A stretch of 64,000 nucleotides of DNA from Amoebophrya sp. A120 (taxonomy: Eukaryota; Protista; Dinoflagellata), in assembly GCA_905178155.1 (NCBI GenBank), contig CAJINV010000003.1:11229737-11293736 (forward strand). Direction: 5' to 3'. Of the stretch, positions 61,101 through 64,000 are shown piece by piece; position 1 is the stretch's first letter; each line of letters starts with the position of its first letter. Both the position numbers and the translations under genes were made by a program. The notes under the pieces were generated by a model that had not been told where the DNA came from, made no database searches, and worked only from the letters and a program-made list of their open reading frames with translations.

Positions 61101-62248
61101 AGCCTCTAAAATCTTTGCAGGAGTTTGGAGGGCGCATTACGAACAGAATATCGGAGACCATCAGAAGCGAGGTACAGGGCGCACTTGAGGCTGTCGTCAG
61201 AGATGCCGGAGGAGCACCGCTCGCCTTTGTCGAGAGTTTTTTGGGTGCCGGCGTGGCATTCTTCAGCGCCACCATGGCAGATACCATTTCTACGATGTGC
61301 GTCGCCGATGCCAAGGCTGCAGGAATCGAATCCCCAAAAATGCTTACGGCGGTCCAGCAGCATGTCACCCACAAGCTCGAGGAGTTTGCTGAGCAAGCAA
61401 AGGACATGCTAGAAGAAAAAGCGAAGGAGCTGCTTTTTTCCTTCGTGAATAAAATAATCAACAAACTCAACCCAGGGGACGATGTAGGGCCGGACTACGC
61501 GGGAATGCTAAAGCAAGCCATCGGGGCCCTGGTCCAGAACATTAGAGACCTTATTGACAAGTACAAGGGGAAATTCCAAGAAGATCGCGTCGACAAAGAG
61601 AAGGGAAAGGGTCTCGAAGTCTTACACGATGAAGAGAAAGCGTCACTCTCGTCGTCCTCGTTTCTGGATTACAGCAGGCAAGAAGATGGTGAGGCGGCCC
61701 CTTCTGTTGGCAGCGGAATTATCAGGGCAGGCAACGCTTACGGTGAGGCGGTTGGCGATGATCCGTCCTTTACCGATGAGCGCGCTGGTCATTATGGTCT
61801 TGCTGCGCAAAGTTCTACTTTTGTCCAAGGAGGGGGCGAGCCGCATGGTCGCGCCACGAATGGAGCTACCCCAGTTGGACCCGCGGCAGCGGCCGCGCGG
61901 CTTCGCCTGATGGTCGACGCGCTCGCGGAGACAGCTGAAGACGCCGCTGACGAGGCCCCGGCGCAGCAAGGCCATCACGAAGAAGAAGAAGCCGCTGGCG
62001 CACCGAGTACTTTTGCGAATGTGGGCGCCTTGCCAGCCGACACTCCGCCCGACCGCGACCGCTACGACGTGACGGCAATCCCAGCGACGCGCGTGCGCAT
62101 GCAAATGAATGTGGTCGCGGATGGTAGTACTGTGGAAGAAGGACAGCTCTCTTCGCACACTCAGCAGGAGCCGGACGACGCGGCCGCGCAAACTTCCCGC
62201 GTAGATGAGTTTCCACCTGCGCCGCGCGGCGAGTTGGAAGGCCAGTGA
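43188..62248 (+). CDS. Large putative secreted protein: signal peptide, His/Gly-rich repeats, basic 11-aa repeats, then helical domains; exons ~43188-44042, 44397-44596, 45065-45183, 48560-48691, 52292-~52790, 54394-55362, 56094-56489, 56769-56912, 60172-~60227, ~61078-62248
   Basis: Six junctions close in frame by removing a TIR element plus one duplication. Junctions at ~44.0, ~52.8 and ~60.2 kb are not resolved, so this could be more than one gene (43188-44045 also reads as a stand-alone ORF). Confidence 0.6.
44597..45059. mobile_element. Intron with AATTT direct repeat overlapping a short inverted repeat
   Basis: aatttctgac / gtctagaaatt; 468-nt removal gives SPLCNLGLGM. Confidence 0.6.
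45184..48554. mobile_element. 3.4-kb introner-like element
   Basis: tatgtagtga / tcactggcatc ends (weak right TIR); flanks actag/cgtag; 3376-nt removal gives FLASPLGHDLWNMV. The left arm recurs at 41113; contains a broken ORF at ~47042-47485. Confidence 0.6.
47717..47921. mobile_element. Telomere-repeat-capped small insertion with 23-bp direct repeats, copy 1
   Basis: DR attcattttcaatcga(g/c)ccactc at 47717 and 47899; core homologous to 59526-59668. Confidence 0.8.
48687..52286. mobile_element. 3.6-kb TIR element acting as an intron
   Basis: ~45-bp TIR gag(c/t)ggagtagca(a/g)tgaaatccttatccgcccccccggcggatag; 3600-nt removal joins SEKS|AAVVIR. Confidence 0.85.
49077..50726. mobile_element. Nested 1.65-kb non-autonomous TIR element
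   Basis: Perfect 29-bp TIR atcctgtgcaaaagtatcgcactcgtata (49079-49107 / 50696-50724); CTT (ccttg) flanking duplication; 12-bp gaagttggtg subterminal repeats. Confidence 0.9.
55363..56088. mobile_element. Introner, family C
   Basis: tatcctacgtaaaaacgt / acgtttttactcatgata; perfect TCCTC duplication; 731-nt removal joins ORF 54520 to ORF 56139. Confidence 0.9.
56490..56763. mobile_element. Introner, family A
   Basis: catgcattgaaaatatgtctaggtctgg / ccagacccagtaatatttgcagttcata; perfect AAGTA duplication; 279-nt removal is in frame. Confidence 0.95.
56913..60169. mobile_element. 3.26-kb TA-flanked TIR element acting as an intron
   Basis: ta|ctgtagtactggacccc ... ggggtccagtacttcag|ta; 3259-nt removal is in frame (EGLL..TRGKNRL). 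Confidence 0.85.
59486..59695. mobile_element. Telomere-repeat-capped small insertion with 21-bp direct repeats, copy 2
   Basis: Perfect DR ttttatcttcctgccttcgac at 59486 and 59675; TTTAGG runs on both sides of the shared core. Confidence 0.8.
60420..60592. repeat. GC-rich degenerate minisatellite (ccggg(g/a)gatcctccc units)
   Basis: About 8 units of ~20 bp are visible. Confidence 0.7.
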
Positions 62249-62803
62249 GGGTTCACGCTACATCTATTGTGCTCGAACTTGCTTTCGGGCCCACGTCAAA
62301 CTCAAATAGTTGTTTTCTCCCTACGAATAAAAGCACCAACGGAGCCAGCAGCAGAACGCTCTCTAGAAACCAATTTCCGTAGGGGAACCGGAACGAGTGT
62401 GATCGGATCAAAAATAGTTCGCCCTAAAGTCTTCCGACAAGCCGCACTGGTGTGGACTTCGTGTTTATTTTGAAGTTGAGTTTTATGCTGGTTTTCGTTT
62501 TATTTAACGATGATCTGCGGCAATGCACGGGCGGGGCTCTCGCAAAGAAATATCTCTAAACGCTCGCGATTTTCATTCGTCAATACGCCAGCGATGACTC
62601 GTTTTATTTGAGCACCTTCTTAGAAGAGCAGAAAACAAAGGCAAAACTGGCCGGCACAAGAAAAAGGCGAAAATGAGATACGAAGATAAAAAAACAGATC
62701 CTGTTTGTTTGAAAGTTAAAAGTACAATAATGGCGGAAAAGGAATCCGGAAATCTGGACCGGACAAAAAGAAGGGAGTCCGCCCCGGGCAGGGGGGGGTC
62801 CAG

Positions 62804-62943
62804 GACGGGGGTTCGGGATTTTCGTTTTCGTCTGTCCATGCTCCGGGTGCGTTTTCTTTCTGTGCGCGGGCCGCGCGGCCGGAACCCCGAAAAAATTAGC
62901 CAAAATTTAGCGGGCGAAATCGCCCCGCGCCCTCCAGCTGAGC
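62804..62943. repeat. Dispersed repeat related to 860-1087
   Basis: Direct similarity to 860-1087, ending at ...ccctcca.ctgag in both copies. Confidence 0.7.
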
Positions 62944-64000
62944 GGGGGCGAGGCAATGGCGGCAGGCCGCGCCGCCCGCTTTGTTATGTAAGGAGCTAGC
63001 CGTAGCGCCACACCGCCGGCCGCAGCCCTAGCCGCCGCGGGCGCCAAGGCGTAGCGGCAGGCAGCTGCTCCGCGGCAAAGCAGGAGCCAGGACAAGCACG
63101 GCCCAGCCACACTTCGGGGCGTTTGTTTCGGCACACAAGAGCTGAGCCACAATGCGGCCCCGCCCCTTGATTGAATGCCAAGCCCAAGCCCAAGCCAGCG
63201 CGCCCGGGCCGCGCGCCCGGCGCTGCGCCTCGCCATGGGTTAAGGGAGTCTTCACTACTCCCACCGGCAACACACCGCGGAGCGAGGCCCGAGCGAGCGA
63301 GTAAAGCCACGGTGGCGGGATAGGACACAGCGCCGAAGGGTTGTCCTGCACGCTCGCACCACCACCCCCGCCCCGTTTGATTATGCAGCCCCAGCGCCTG
63401 GCGATCCTCGGGGCCCGGTTGGCGGCTATGGGAAACTAACATGCCCCCAGGACTTCGGTACGCCAGTCGTCATGCCGCACGTAGAAAACTGAAACGAACC
63501 TAGAGGACGAGTAGAAGAAACATTTAACTTTAAGGCCGCAAGCTCATTTGTATATTTTTTTCTTATTTGAACAAGGTGCAATAGTATAGCCAAGGCTCCA
63601 CCACTTTTTCGAGTGGGTTTGGAACAAGGAAGCTCGAAAGCATCCCGAACCGAGACGCCAGCCTTTCGCAAGATTTTTTTTCAGGTGCTAGCCCAAGAAG
63701 TGTTTCAAAAACGTCACAAAGTGGCGAGAGTCTGTGCTTCAAGAGCACAAGCATAACAAAAACAAAGTGAAAAGGAAAAAACGCTAATCCTCAAGAAGAG
63801 GCAGCTGCAAAACGAAAACGCTAATCCTCAAGAAGTAGGCGCGTCTCATTTTAGTTTGGATGCAGAAAACCTTATCGCGGCGACGCAATGACTGGCGCCG
63901 TGCTAAGGCGTTAGCTCTTGAAAAACTCGGCGTCGTGTCCTAGATTTTTTTTTTTAAGTGTTAGAGAGAATGTCAGATTATATAGAGTTACAGGGTTTCA

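Noticed and set aside
63778-63834. Short duplication aaaacgctaatcctcaagaag (also similar small tandems at 15276 and 47935)
   Set aside because: Ordinary local duplication without further structure.

Overview
Eukaryotic genomic DNA, most consistent with a Syndiniales/Amoebophrya-like alveolate (inferred from the intron style; not checked against a database). 1-7.5 kb holds a DIRS/Ngaro-type tyrosine-recombinase retroelement (gag-like ORF, RT-RNaseH, truncated YR) with 118-bp direct repeats in an odd position. The rest is a run of + strand host genes: an HPR/OPR-like helical repeat protein, a furin-like Cys-rich protein, a NAK-family kinase, an unknown small protein, a gamma-tubulin complex (GCP) subunit, and a ~19-kb gene for a secreted His-rich protein. 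More than 20 introns in these genes are terminal-inverted-repeat insertions with TATG..CATA-like ends and 5-bp target duplications, mostly without GT-AG ends. Removing element plus one duplication restores the reading frame and conserved motifs. Three less obvious signals: the last base of the 5-bp duplication never differs between copies while positions 1-4 drift; the non-coding introner copies gain insertions mostly in 3-nt units; and two small telomere-repeat-capped insertions carry 21-23 bp duplications. All gene models were assembled by hand and lack transcript support.
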